DNA of 64,000 bases from Octopus sinensis (lineage: Eukaryota): the NCBI RefSeq assembly GCF_006345805.1, contig NC_043003.1:96720001-96784000 (forward strand), read 5' to 3'. Shown piece after piece: positions 62,844 through 64,000 of this stretch (positions are counted from its first letter, which is position 1; each line of letters starts with the position of its first letter). A program made the position numbers and the translations under genes. The notes under the pieces are model-generated. The model worked only from the letters and a program-made list of their open reading frames with translations, was not told the DNA's origin and made no database searches.

Positions 62844-63344
62844 GTCTGTCTGCCTGTCTGTCTATCTATATATCTATCTATCTATCTCTCTGTCTGCCTG
62901 CCTGTCTTTCTGTCTGTCTGTCTGTCTGTCTATCTATATATCTATTCATCTGTATATATATATATACATACACATATAATATATATATAATATATATATA
63001 ATATATATGTGTGTGTCTTATGTATGTATATATGTATATATATATATCATCCAGCGAACACCGACCATAAGTCATCACAGTTGCTCAAAGGTAAAATCTA
63101 AAATGAATTCCTCGCTCTTTCAGGAACATCAATTTTTTATATTGACTGCATATCACCACTGTGATCTATTTTTTATATTGAATGCATATCACCACTATGA
63201 ACCACTGCATCAGACACTTTAAACATATAGCATGAACGAACTCACTTCACACTATATATGAACTTTTTGATGTCTGACTCTATTGTGTATTATAAATGAA
63301 TTTTTTATATTTGATAGCATGAACTATCTTTTTTTATATATAAC

Positions 63345-63387
63345 TTTTTTTGATAAGGTTCATTTCAAGAACCGAAACATGTTATAA
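63345..63387 (+). ncRNA. Minimal hammerhead-like motif with U3-A8 core, weak stem I
   Basis: TTGATAA-GGTTC(ATTTCAA)GAACC-GAAA-CATG-TT. Confidence 0.4.
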
Positions 63388-63491
63388 TGTATATATAAAA
63401 ATTAAAAATTTGTATAATATAGCAGCATTTTCGAACTTCATTGTTTACAAATATATACCTACTCGTATACGAGCTAATCCTATATATAAAT

Positions 63492-63631
<140 letters not shown>

Positions 63632-63771
63632 TAGCATTATATACTAGCTAGTTTGTTATAAATTTACTAAATTAAAAATTTGGGCTAATAAAACATAAAA
63701 TGACATAATTAAAAATCCAGATAAAATACATACAAGATAAATATACAAATTTACAAAAATACCTAAAAGTT

Positions 63772-63851
63772 CATCTACAGGCCGTTTCAGAGATGCATCA
63801 ATTAATATGACATATTATATATTTAAATTAGACACTCCCCTTGTCAGAATG
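63772..63851 (-). ncRNA. Degenerate paralog of the 43584-43665 hammerhead
   Basis: Core CTGACAA (G8 to A, breaks C3-G8) and weakened stems I and II. Confidence 0.45.
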
Positions 63852-64000
63852 TTTTTTACACACAACACATAGTACACGGAAACAAATGCACAATTACATA
63901 CCTGCTACATGCGAAAGACCAGACATTACGTACTCCCAAAATTCTCCTAGATACTGAATGCTACTTTCTAAGCATACTAGCATTAAAGACCCGTCGTCGC

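Overview
AT-rich, microsatellite-laden eukaryotic DNA; the repeat landscape suggests an Octopus-like cephalopod (inference). (1) 1-24,261 is a head-to-tail array of at least 10 minus-strand Tx1/L1-clade non-LTR retroelements, each separated by the same 11-mer TTTCCGCCGTG. Two are autonomous (ORF1 plus APE-RT-CCHC ORF2). Eight are 1.8-1.9 kb ORF1-only elements of two other ORF1 families that share only the last ~50 nt with the autonomous element. (2) 24,251-64,000 is a decayed ~20 kb tandem segmental duplication (copy A ~24.25-44.29 kb, copy B ~46.2 kb to beyond the window). It holds a GT31 galactosyltransferase-like gene with one in-frame TGA (A) or a 5' deletion (B), Penelope, Gypsy, RTE and SINE relics, several hammerhead ribozyme motifs and foldback structures. 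(3) At the A/B junction a single ORF1-only element sits in the paralogous site with its own 11-bp TSD (TTTCCTCCATG), and that site lies inside a decayed ORF1 of a related retroelement. The main candidate new system is a sequence-specific Tx1 retrotransposon with ORF1-only satellites that repeatedly re-uses and regenerates one target. All alignments and folds were done by eye; no searches were run.
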